NCBI GenBank assembly: GCA_964016885.1 | Contig: OZ024740.1 | Coordinates: 441,936,001-442,000,000 of the forward strand | Length of the DNA: 64,000 nucleotides | Source of the DNA: Eledone cirrhosa | Lineage: Eukaryota | Direction of reading: 5' to 3' | Shown here: positions 55,528 through 64,000 of the stretch, in pieces | Layout of the letters: every line of letters starts with the position of its first letter | How positions within the stretch are numbered: the first letter of the stretch is position 1 | The notes under the pieces: model-generated | Database searches by the model: none | Seen by the model: only the letters and a program-made list of their open reading frames with translations | Told to the model about the DNA's origin: nothing | Program-made: the position numbers and the translations under genes

Positions 55528-57058
55528 TTCTTTCATTAGTGTTTCTGAGATATATGCCGCGTGTGTTCCTGACACCTAGGGCAAATAAATTCACAGTGTA
55601 CATTGGTAAGCCAGTTAATACAGCACATTGATTATAATTTTAAAAGAAAACAGTATACATATATACACATGTGCATATGTAAATACAAGGAGGGATATCA
55701 ATCTTACAGAGATAGTGCTCTTCTCAATACGTGTGCAGTACCAGTCAAAACAATTTTTTGCACCTCGTGCAGAGAGGGTAAACCAGGAATCATTCGCAAA
55801 TATTGTTCTGTTCCTTTCTTGATCATTCCCAGTCCTCCCACAATCACTGGTATTGTAACAGCATTGAGGTGCCACATTTTCTCAATTTCAATAAGCAGAT
55901 CTTTATATTTTCGTAGCTTGTCAAATTCTTTTGCCGCGATATTGTGATCACATCTATCAACAAACAGACCTTGTTATGTTGATCTTTTACAATGATGTCA
56001 TGTCTATTTGCTTCGAGGTTAATTTTGCCTTTCATCCTTACGGGGTCGATAAAATAAAGTACCAGTAATACACTGAGTAATTGCTGGCCTTGTGCCTAAA
56101 GTAGAAACAACTATTATTATTATTATTATTGTTCTTTGAGTCTCAGTCATTGATTTTATTTAACTGGAAAGTTTGTTGAAATGAATATCAAGCCACTACC
56201 TGCAGCCTCAGATATTCAGGACGTATCGGAGGGTTCTTGCTGTTCCCAGCAAGCATGCCTTTTGAAGTGTTCCAAAAAGCGGGTCTGGACTAACTTTCTT
56301 TAACCATCCCTGGAGACTCTTTGAGATAGTACTTAGTGCGCCTATGACAATCGGGACGACTCTGACTTCATGGCAGTTCCAAATTGTTTTTACCTCCCAC
56401 TTTAAGTCTTGGTATCGGTTAATTTTCTCCCTCTCCTTTTCTTGTACTCCCGTGTCGAATGGGCAGGCTACATCTACAATCAGGCACGATCTTTTTTCCT
56501 TGTCCAAAACCACCAGGTCAGGCCTATTGCGTTCCAGTTTCTTATCCGTCTGTATCCTAAAATCCCACAGCACCTTCACCTGATCGTTTTCTATCACCGA
56601 CTCTGGCTTATGCTCATACCACTTCTCAGAATGTGGTAAATTGTTTACTTTGCATAGGTGCCAGTGGATCACCCTGCTCATCACATCATGTCTCCAGCCT
56701 TTATAGTGAGTCTGGGCTAGGTGTTTACACTCGGATACAATGTGAGCCACAATCTCCTCTCTCTCTCCACAGATCCTACACAGTGGGCTAGCCTCCACCT
56801 TGTAAATATAGTGTTTCAACCACTTCGTTTTGAGGGCCTGCTCTTGCGCAGCCATTAGCATTCCTTCTGTAGCCTTTTTAAGGTCTCCTCTTTTTAACCA
56901 GTTCCATGTCTGTGGATCTCTAGATTCAGTTTTCTCAAAGAAGGTACTATGAAGGGATTTTTCATGAAGGTTAGTCTTCCTCCCTGTTGTTATTTCCTCC
57001 TTGGACATCCCCTGGTCTATTGTTCTCTCCTTCAGTACAATTCTGAGCATTGGCTCCC

Positions 57059-57092
<34 letters not shown>

Positions 57093-60000
57093 GCCCATTC
57101 GATGTGACGGATGCGGTCAGATTTCGACATCAAATGTTGGGGTAATGTGCGTTATAAACCCCTAAAATGGGGTATTTCATGTATAAACAGTAAAGATTAC
57201 CTTAACGTGTATATCTTTGTGGACTTCATCAGCTGCATCAGCACTTTCGGCATGAACTTTCATGGTGAGGTAACCGACCTGTTGTGCGCTTACTTTAAAC
57301 GTTACTAATTCCTGGTCATGGGATTTTACCTGAAATAGACGACAAAGGAAATATAATGGAAATTCTGAAATAATAAATACAATATTTGGACCATTGTAGT
57401 GACTGGGGGAGAGGAGGACAGCAGACGGTCTTCAGAGAAGAACCCCACACTCAAGTGAGTGTTTCGGCCCTTAAGACAATATTTGGACCATACAGTAGTA
57501 ACTGTGGGGAGAGATGGGCAGCAGACGGTCTTCAGAGAAGAACCCCCCCCCCCACACACACACACACACTCAAGTGAGTATTTCAGCCCTTAAAACAATA
57601 TTTGGTAAACAGAAACTGTTTGGAAGCCTATCGTTTGGACTGTACCTGTAATTCAAAGGGGTCAACTTTGTCACACACTGTGCTACGCTGAATCTCCCTG
57701 AGAATTTCGTTATAAATAGAGAGAAAGATAGATATATAGATAGATATAAATGGCTTAGTGAGAGCGTGACTGGAAAGGATGAAAGCAAAGCCAATATTGG
57801 TGGAATTTTAACTGAGAATGTAAATAGACGTAACTAAATAATACAAGACATTTCGTCCGTTGCTCCACCAATTCCACCATTTCACTGCTGCTTTAATAAT
57901 TATAGTGACATACTTACCATAACAATATGGGAGTGGGATTCATCCTTGATTTCAAAGGCATCAGAATGCTTGAATGTTACGTTCACCTAGAAGGAATAAA
58001 TTAAAGCAACTGAAATTATTTGGGAATACAACGATAGACACGGGTGTTTTAAGACCATTTTTTATAATAAAACATGGGTTACCCTTGCAGACTCCATGTC
58101 AGGTTTGACATTCACCATGGGATTCTTTTTGAGACATTCTAATGCTACCACATCCCTTTGGTGGCACCAACCTCTTTAGTCGCCTCTTACAACAGGGATA
58201 CGGTAACTTCAATATCGATAAATCAATAAGAGAGTCTCTCAGATGAAAACACAAAACATTTTCTTTCTCAATAATTGAACATTTAATCGATCTGTAGATG
58301 TATTTATACATTAGATAAGTGCTGCTTCGAGATCCCGGTGGACAGAACTGAGAATAACTTAAATGCATGTATGATATACATGGTCCCGTACCACCTGTAG
58401 GGTCACGGTATTGACATATGGTGTATGGTCCCTTACCTCCTGAGAGAGTCGTAGGGTCACCGTATTGACATACAGAGTTTCTAGGGCATTTTTAAGCCTG
58501 GCAGAGCCTAGACCTCTCCAGGTCTGAATACAGGAGATTTCTTCCAGAGAATGATAGAGAATGGAAGTGAGAAAGAGACATAAAGGACGAATCTACGCCA
58601 GTGCAAAACTGGTACTTTTTTATCAGCCTCGGCTGGATCTCAGAGAACCGAATACCACAAAGCATTCTATCTGACGTTCTAACAACTCTACCATTCTATC
58701 TGACGTTCTAGCAACTCTACCATTATATCTGACGTTCTAACAACTCTACCATTCTATCTTACGTTCTAACAACTCTACCACTCTATCTGACGTTCTAACA
58801 ACTCTACAATTCTATCTGACGTTCTAACAACTCTATCATTCTATCTGACGTTCTAACAACTCTACCATTCTATCTGACGTTCTAACAACTCTACCACTCT
58901 ATCTGACGTTCTAACAACTCTACAATTCTATCTGACGTTCCAACAACTCTATCATTCTATCTGACGTTCTAACCACTCTACCATTCTATCTGACGTTCTA
59001 ACAACTCTACCATTCTATCTGACGTTCTAACAACTCTACCATTCTATCTGACGTTCTAAGCACTCTACCATTCTATTTGACGTTCTAACAACTCTATCAT
59101 TCTATCTGACGTTCTAACAACTCTACCATTCTATCTGACGTTCTAACAACTCTACCACTCTATCTGACGTTCTAAGCACTCTACGATTCTATCTGACGTT
59201 CTAACAACTCTACCATTCTATCTGACGTTCTAACAACTCAACCATTCTATCTGACGTTCTAACAACTCTGCCATTATATCTGACGTTCTAACAACTCTAC
59301 CATTCTATCTGACGTTCTAACAACTCTACCATTCTATCTGACGTTCTAGCAACTCTACCATTATATCTGACGTTCTAACAACTCTACCATTCTATCTGAC
59401 GTTCTAACGGCTCTGTCATTCTATCTGACGTTCTAAGCACTCTACAATTCTATCTGACGTTCTAACAACTCTACCATTCTATCTGACGTTCTAACAACTC
59501 TACCGATTCGGCACTTAATAATTTAAATATAGTAACAGGGCGTTATTTTATTTGAAAGGTAGTTAAAACACGGTTGCCTCCTTAGAATTTGTTTTCAGTC
59601 AATTATACTGTACATACGTATGAAATGTGATTGTAATTCTTTTTAACAATTTCTCTTTGTCATTTGCCTTAATTTTTTGGGCTTTTACAGAGAATTTCTC
59701 GAACATTAAATATACTAAGCCGTATATACAAAAACCCAATATCTTGTTACATTTACCCAGACATACATGTGTCATATGGTCATAAGCAAGTTCTTATTTA
59801 AATGTTTATATTATTTTGATATAAATCAATATTTTAATAAGAAATCAATATCTTTACATATAACTAATTGATTATGCACGACATATGTATAGAGAATCAT
59901 AGAATACGTACTTGTTGATCAGTCTTCAGATAATTGAATACAGATATCTTCAGAATAAAAGATTCACTTCTAATAATTGAAAGTGGATAATCCATGTTGA

Positions 60001-60741
60001 TGAAGAATGGTTGGAACGAATAGAACTGCAAAGAAAAATGTTGAGAAAATGATAAGTTCAGTGTAATATACTAATACAGATTAAACCTCTCTTCTGAGAA
60101 GGCCGGATTGTTGACAGGTTAATCGCCTTGTTCCATCTAAATAAACTGGAGGAGCAGAAAATAAAGTGTCATACTAAAGATTCACAATGTGTCACCAGGA
60201 GTCATATTCACGACCTTACGATCGTAAACCGAACACCCTAACCACTAAATCACTTCTATCACTATATATATATATATGTGTGTGTATGGACTTATATATT
60301 CAAGAATAAACAAGTCAAACATAGAGATGCAAAAGCAAAGACTTATATTAGTTTCACGCTTAGGAAGAAGTGAATGGAAGTTTCGACGTGTCGGACAGAC
60401 GTCTTTCTTCAGGAAATGGAGAGTTCGGAGAAAGAGTGAGATAGGTTGGAACATCGTAGTTTGAAAAGTAGTTTCATGAAACTGGGGTAGGTTAGGTGAG
60501 TAGTCCGGCGTGTGGTGATGGGGGCCGAGGTGTGGCATGGGGGTTATGCGTGTGTATCATTGCTTCTGAGTGTGTGTGTTGTTGATTAAAGTACGCGTAA
60601 GTGTGTTTGAATACTCTGTGTAATTGTTGTGTGTGTACATGTATGAGTGTGTATGTGTATATATACAGGTATGTGTCCGAATTCTTTGAATTGTTTGTGT
60701 GAGTGTTCATGTATACACGTGTATATCTGAATTCTCTCTCA

Positions 60742-60781
<40 letters not shown>

Positions 60782-61978
60782 AAAGAATAGAGATGTAACA
60801 CACGAGTTATGATATATTGGTAAAAGGAAAAGAAAAAGTTTTTCTTTTCCTTTTACCTATATATATATATATATATATATTTATTAAAATAACAGATTAA
60901 AGTTTAAGCAAAGAATCGCTGCTTTCACCCTTAACGGGATTTTCTGAAACTAACAAAGTCAATCTGTAAACGCAGAACTGGATATTTCAAAAAACGTTGC
61001 AACCGGAGGAAGACAGGAAGACGATACTTTGGTTCGTGGAAACGTTCGCTGGCAAAGAACGGGAAAAAACGAATAATACGTCATTAATAGGAGCGGTGAA
61101 AAACAATTACGCGCAAAGACAGAACCACGTTTATGGTATAAAAGAGGTCGTAGACTAATGTTCTTTAAGGTGGTGCATAGAGACGTTCTCTGGCAATGAA
61201 CGAAAAAACTAAGATAATAAGTCATATGTGGAGCGTGGAGAACAATAGCACGCAAAGACAAAACCACGTAAATGGTATAGCAGAAGTCGTAGACTAAAAT
61301 TCTAACTAGGAAACCGAATGATACTCGGTTTCAGAGTAAATATATATATATATATAAACATGTATATATAAGTAAGTATATATATATATAAACATGTTCA
61401 ATGGCCAGTCTGAAGAGCAGATCGATAATGGAATTGTGTCCATATCTATGTATAATCCTGAAACAAACCTCTGCAAAATGTGCGTAACAGATCGATACAC
61501 AATTAAAAAAAAGCTAAACACATGTAGGAAACTTCATGATGCTCTAATGCGATATGATGACATAAAATAGCTTATATAATAGTGTAAAGATGGAAAAAGT
61601 AGCTGCCATGTATCTGCGTATAAAGAGAGTATGAGAGAAGGGTTAGAAATATTAAGGAAAATTTAAGTGTCATGTACCTAGAATTATGCATTTTAACCGC
61701 AAATATAAATATGACAAGCCTAAAAAGAGGATCCAATAAGTTTTCACTTACTTCAAGGGGTTTATTCATTATACCAATACCAGAATGAGGATTAACTGCA
61801 AAAGCATGTGTAGTCCATTTTGTGATACTGTCTGGAATAGTCTTCGTAATATTAACTTCTCCATTTAGCCTATTAAAGAGAACTTTCTAAAATCAGTTTA
61901 ATCGTTTGGGGTAGTTGTTTTTTTTCTCCATTATTAACTGCTAGGTCTGGGGGAGCCATGGTGTAAAATTTACATCAA

Positions 61979-62016
<38 letters not shown>

Positions 62017-62289
62017 ATAAGTGTAATAAATGATTAAGTATTGTATATGATTGAACAATATATATCGTAGTCAGCATATGTAGACTATTATAATAAATAC
62101 AGAAACATATGTTAAAGCAAATAAATTCCTAATATCTTCACACCGACGTTTTATTTTTCTTGGTGCAATACATGCTTGTATATATATCTAAATATATATA
62201 TCATCATCATCATCATCATCATCAACGTTTAACGTCCGTGTTCCACGCTTGCATGGGTTTGGACGGGGGTAGTCCCACTTGAGGCAAGA

Positions 62290-62326
<37 letters not shown>

Positions 62327-62722
62327 ATACTTGGGAGGGTCATATTTGTGTAATATTGCCAGAATTAATAACCGAACACACTAACTGTTTGGTTCGTTTT
62401 CGCTTCTGTGTCTTTTATATCGGTTAATTTAATTTATTCGGTCCTCAATGTTGCCATTGACTGACCAACGGTCAAAAATACAGATACAATATAGACACAA
62501 ACACATATATATAGTCTATCAAGTTCTTTCGTTGCACATCTGCAACATCGTCAGTGGTGCTATTGTTTCCTCCCGTTGCATTGTATGTCTACGCCATCTT
62601 TATTTAGTCTGTTTATATATTTATTTATTTGTTCTGTTTTTTTTTGTCTTCTTTGCGCAAGCGTTTGCGTGTGTGTATAGTGTTTTGTTTGATGTGTGTT
62701 CGTGTTTGGGTGACTGTGAATT

Positions 62723-62787
<65 letters not shown>

Positions 62788-63214
62788 ACATCAGAATGAG
62801 CTTTCCTGTTAACTTTTAATTTGGAAGATGGCCTCAACAATATATTTTTATACAATACTGTCCTTTCCATAAATTATGCCATAAATCAACATTAGTTCTA
62901 ATTGTTTAATAATAATCTTTTTAAAACAAATGATTAGAAATAATGGTTGTGTAATTTCCTTTTCTGAATTTCCAAATGCTCGTTTCTTTACAAGTAATAA
63001 TATCAGACTTAATCATAAAGATCTGTTCTCACTAAAACTACATCAATTGTCTGGCCTTAATTTGATTCTTTTACTTACCCTGCATGTTCTTCGTTCCATA
63101 TCCATGTTTCAGGGAAGAACATTCTTATTTTTGGACTCTTTGGTCTTCTGGAGTCCCTGACTTCACTTAGGGAATTTTGCACGTTGAAGCCCATGGGTGC
63201 AGCATGATGTCTTG
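23451..63214 (-). CDS. Thioester-containing protein (TEP / CD109-like, alpha-2-macroglobulin superfamily), 3' 18 exons; 5' part outside window
   Basis: Manually spliced exons (all AG/GT, phases consistent, 2231 nt): 63079-63214, 61752-61869, 59912-60025, 57918-57986, 57201-57329, 49199-49343, 43688-43864, 34757-34838, 33150-33315, 31585-31671, 30440-30602, 28757-28959, 28134-28292, 27370-27432, 26224-26333, 25438-25585, 23690-23795, 23451-23506. Motifs: [81 protein letters not shown]. Confidence 0.95.
23690..23795 (-). CDS. TEP exon (MG8)
   Basis: [35 protein letters not shown], tctag/gtaaat. Confidence 0.92.
23840..24305. repeat. 31-bp minisatellite, about 15 copies
   Basis: cggtactattgactatataaccactctatca. 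Confidence 0.9.
24583..24700 (-). mobile_element. 5'-truncated SINE
   Basis: Reverse complement of SINE B-box, core and tail; ctgaaatacaaataat flanking duplication. Confidence 0.8.
24868..25263 (+). repeat. Dispersed element with internal 21-bp minisatellite (copy 1)
   Basis: Unique flanks and internal repeat match 33824-34600 in reverse orientation. Confidence 0.85.
25438..25585 (-). CDS. TEP exon (A2M receptor-binding / MG8 domain)
   Basis: [20 protein letters not shown]...KRIE...NVYFDK, tctag/gtaagt. Confidence 0.93.
26224..26333 (-). CDS. TEP exon
   Basis: [13 protein letters not shown]...FILRICNS, tacag/gtaagt. Confidence 0.9.
27370..27432 (-). CDS. TEP exon
   Basis: [21 protein letters not shown], tccag/gtacgt. 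Confidence 0.9.
28134..28292 (-). CDS. TEP exon
   Basis: [14 protein letters not shown]...ILYKHV, ttaag/gtaaga. Confidence 0.92.
28402..28439 (+). ncRNA. Possible minimal hammerhead remnant with upstream inverted copy
   Basis: tctt-CTGATGA-a-ggga ttttag tccc-GAAA-ta-TT-agga; ctaaaatcccttcatcagaa at 28370-28389 is its inverted 5' part. Confidence 0.45.
28757..28959 (-). CDS. TEP exon (TED)
   Basis: DQGHKHW...[10 protein letters not shown]...[16 protein letters not shown], aacag/gtaagc. Confidence 0.95.
29025..29525 (+). mobile_element. Helitron/Helentron-like non-autonomous element (HINE-like)
   Basis: 5' tagccgaattacccgcgccttgctgcg; 3' (acaa)n microsatellite then tctttctatataaatat. Confidence 0.45.
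30440..30602 (-). CDS. TEP exon (TED)
   Basis: [14 protein letters not shown]...[14 protein letters not shown]...AVVD, tttag/gtaaga. Confidence 0.9.
30780..31075 (-). mobile_element. SINE, second subfamily
   Basis: Head aaggcgacgaattagtagagtcgttagaaagtgg, B-box agttcaaatcc, gcctttcgtcctttcgaggtcgat; related to about 25860-26190 and 58420-58665. Confidence 0.7.
31585..31671 (-). CDS. TEP exon (TED)
   Basis: [29 protein letters not shown], tttag/gtgagt. Confidence 0.93.
31807..31918. repeat. (GAA)n microsatellite
   Basis: About 37 GAA units. Confidence 0.95.
32085..33020 (-). mobile_element. RTE-like LINE 3' fragment with internal 65-bp tandem array (about 11 copies, 32274-32990)
   Basis: Homologous to 21590-21890, where the 65-bp unit is single-copy. 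Confidence 0.85.
33150..33315 (-). CDS. TEP exon (TED, catalytic His)
   Basis: [15 protein letters not shown]...[13 protein letters not shown], tccag/gtaaga. Confidence 0.95.
33824..34600 (-). repeat. Dispersed element with expanded 21-bp minisatellite (copy 2)
   Basis: cacactacacgtatatacact about 25 copies; flanks are the reverse complement of 24868-25263. Confidence 0.85.
34757..34838 (-). CDS. TEP exon (TED)
   Basis: [28 protein letters not shown], caaag/gtaagt. Confidence 0.95.
34955..35628 (+). mobile_element. Degraded RTE/RTEX-like LINE 3' fragment
   Basis: [28 protein letters not shown]...[36 protein letters not shown]. Confidence 0.75.
35819..40362 (+). repeat. 45-bp minisatellite (about 101 copies) derived from SINE 5' head
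   Basis: Unit ggtggtggattggcagtatcggtagagggtcagacaccatgctgg matches the first about 45 nt of the SINEs at 2028 and 16452. Confidence 0.97.
40318..40512 (+). mobile_element. SINE body continuing from the last 45-bp unit
   Basis: ...caccatgccttgcagcaaagagttacagccctttatggcctaagttcaaatcctgccgaggttaactttgcctttcatcc...agaaacaattat. Confidence 0.92.
40598..40695. repeat. 24-bp G-rich repeat x4
   Basis: gagaaggggtgtgaaaagggcagg. Confidence 0.85.
40889..43655 (-). repeat. 33-34-bp minisatellite (about 80 copies) with three-unit higher-order pattern
   Basis: Variants accactacaccacaccctccacagaacactctt / accactagaccacacaactccacagaacaccctt / accactagcccacacacctccactgaacaccctt. Confidence 0.95.
43688..43864 (-). 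CDS. TEP thioester exon (GCGEQ)
   Basis: [39 protein letters not shown]...TVKG, accag/gtaagt. Confidence 0.97.
43948..44990. mobile_element. Two (CATA)n-bounded elements related to 10232-11720
   Basis: 43948-44300 matches 11360-11712; 44850-44980 resembles 10690-10825. Confidence 0.7.
45160..48325 (+). mobile_element. Penelope-like element with inverted 5' segment
   Basis: 45166-45720 encodes RT (YRDD) on minus; 45731-46662 continues on plus to GIY-YIG (VVYKY...YIGAT...RWNNH); 3' pLTR about 48000-48325 similar to 18095-18460. Confidence 0.9.
48227..48287 (+). ncRNA. Hammerhead ribozyme in pLTR
   Basis: tattttat-CTGATGA-aagcgtaccaa ggtt ttggtaccctt-GAAA-tatata-TC-atagaata. Confidence 0.85.
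48531..48791. repeat. Inverted repeat, about 105-bp arms, between (TA)n tracts
   Basis: aaggataaaagagaaaac...tatactgcaaat versus atttgcagtatag...ttttctcttttatcctt. Confidence 0.9.
49199..49343 (-). CDS. TEP exon
   Basis: [49 protein letters not shown], tacag/gtaagt. Confidence 0.92.
49840..49993. mobile_element. hAT-like MITE remnant
   Basis: taggcaaactgcggcccgcgagccgcatg ... aggttgcccacacctg termini. Confidence 0.6.
50220..50585 (+). mobile_element. Vingi/Ingi-like LINE 3' fragment
   Basis: [10 protein letters not shown]...[14 protein letters not shown]...HVV...PLRRFPG...WL; ends catacgacaagaag. Confidence 0.6.
50595..51437 (+). mobile_element. 5'-truncated copy of the Tx1-like LINE
   Basis: High identity to 2627-3260; ttattatta upstream and (ATT)n downstream. 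Confidence 0.92.
51593..55187 (-). mobile_element. Near full-length R4/Dong-clade LINE (RT + restriction-like endonuclease), few disabling mutations
   Basis: ORF from about 55093; [43 protein letters not shown]...HIVSEC, RH, RPDLVV...[10 protein letters not shown]; 12-bp TSD gccacaattatt at 51581-51592 and 55188-55199. Confidence 0.93.
55224..55497 (-). mobile_element. Short 3' fragment of the same R4/Dong element
   Basis: Matches 51593-51865; (ATT)n on both sides. Confidence 0.9.
55640..56010 (-). mobile_element. 3' fragment of a different RLE-type LINE
   Basis: NRHDIIVKD...[38 protein letters not shown]. Confidence 0.75.
56011..56110 (+). mobile_element. 5'-truncated SINE
   Basis: SINE core and tail. 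Confidence 0.85.
56131..57058 (-). mobile_element. 5'-truncated copy of the R4/Dong element
   Basis: Intact C-terminal CCHC + RLE reading frame; (ATT)n on both sides. Confidence 0.92.
57201..57329 (-). CDS. TEP exon
   Basis: [43 protein letters not shown], ttcag/gtaatc. Confidence 0.88.
57918..57986 (-). CDS. TEP exon
   Basis: [23 protein letters not shown], tctag/gtaagt, phase 0-0. Confidence 0.85.
58664..59504 (-). repeat. 29-bp minisatellite (about 29 copies) at the head of a SINE whose body spans about 58420-58663
   Basis: Minus unit gtagagttgttagaacgtcagatagaatg, continuing into ctttgtggtattcggttctctgagatccagccgagg...ataaaaaagtaccag. Confidence 0.9.
59912..60025 (-). CDS. TEP exon (A2M domain)
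   Basis: [38 protein letters not shown], tgcag/gtacgt. Confidence 0.93.
61040..61297. repeat. About 140-bp diverged tandem duplication
   Basis: acgttc.ctggcaa.gaacg...cgcaaagaca.aaccacgt..atggtata...gtcgtagactaa twice. Confidence 0.7.
61752..61869 (-). CDS. TEP exon (A2M domain)
   Basis: [39 protein letters not shown], aatag/gtaagt junctions. Confidence 0.93.
63079..63214 (-). CDS. TEP exon: end of bait-like region and A2M domain start
   Basis: ttacag|...[45 protein letters not shown]|gtaagt. Confidence 0.92.
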
Positions 63215-64000
63215 CTGTAATGATAAATAGAAATATTTCTCATAAAACATCATTGTTTTGTGTGTGTATGAGTGAGTATAAATATATATACGTCTATATC
63301 TGAATTCTTTGTAACATCACTTGAAATATTTCATAGAAACAGTTAAGATTTATGTCTTTCTTCATTAATTTATTTCCTATATTTTATAAGTTATTTATTG
63401 TTTGTTTTACTAAGATTTGAACGGATCTGTTCCAGAACAGCGCCTTGTCCTGTATCAGTGGTCAACACTTACACCCAATAAACCACCAATCTTTGGTTTG
63501 TATTGTTTAAGGAGTTTTAGGGGCGTCAAGTTTTAATTTTGCAGCTTGATGCTTTTCTCCTCACCAACCACTTTACAGCATGGACTAGATGCATTTTCTC
63601 CAACTACCAGCACTAAAAGAGATTTTATGATACTGCACTAAATACATTATAATTTCAATTGTTGTTGCTGTTGTTATTGTATAGTGATAGGTCAGATCTG
63701 ATTGAGAAGCTGTATGATACACAGCTAAACAGATGACCACACTCAACATACAGATCTGTTTTGCCAGTTATATGCCCCCACCTAACTAACGACCAAACTG
63801 TATATTTCGACATGAAATTATGAATTATATGGACTTTAGTGTTAACATACTACACACTATCCTGCAGTCCAATCTATTTCTCTTCTTTTCTAGATTCTGC
63901 TCACTTCAATTCTTCTCAGCTGTGTTGTTTACCAACAGTTTGACATTGCTTAACTATTATGTAACCATTATGTAACTATTGGTTAACTATTGTGTAACTA

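Noticed and set aside
60370-60420. Hammerhead-like motif on minus strand (CTGAAGA, gacgt/acgtc stem, GAAAC)
   Set aside because: No stem I partner follows the core, so at best a degraded remnant.
63215-64000. Further upstream TEP exon
   Set aside because: No convincing splice-bounded TEP-like frame was seen; it is probably beyond the window.

Overview
AT-rich, microsatellite-dense eukaryotic DNA, most likely a coleoid cephalopod (octopus-like); this is inferred from the SINE family and repeat landscape. The host gene is a thioester-containing protein (TEP/CD109/A2M family) on the minus strand. Eighteen exons between 63214 and 23451 splice in frame with GT-AG junctions, giving about 740 C-terminal codons with an intact GCGEQ thioester, the catalytic His and the receptor-binding domain. 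The gene's 5' half lies beyond the window. The rest is retroelements: a near full-length Tx1/L1 LINE, a near full-length R4/Dong-type RLE LINE with truncated sister copies in (TAA)n, three Penelope-like elements with hammerhead ribozymes, RTE/Vingi fragments and many tRNA-derived SINEs. Three patterns stand out. (1) Three different large minisatellites appear to be tandem amplifications of SINE 5' heads (Pol III A-box region) still attached to one SINE body. (2) Fold-back palindromes between (TA)n tracts carry whole or half hammerhead ribozymes. (3) The TEP stop-codon region is itself repeated four times in tandem. Coordinates of degraded elements are approximate.
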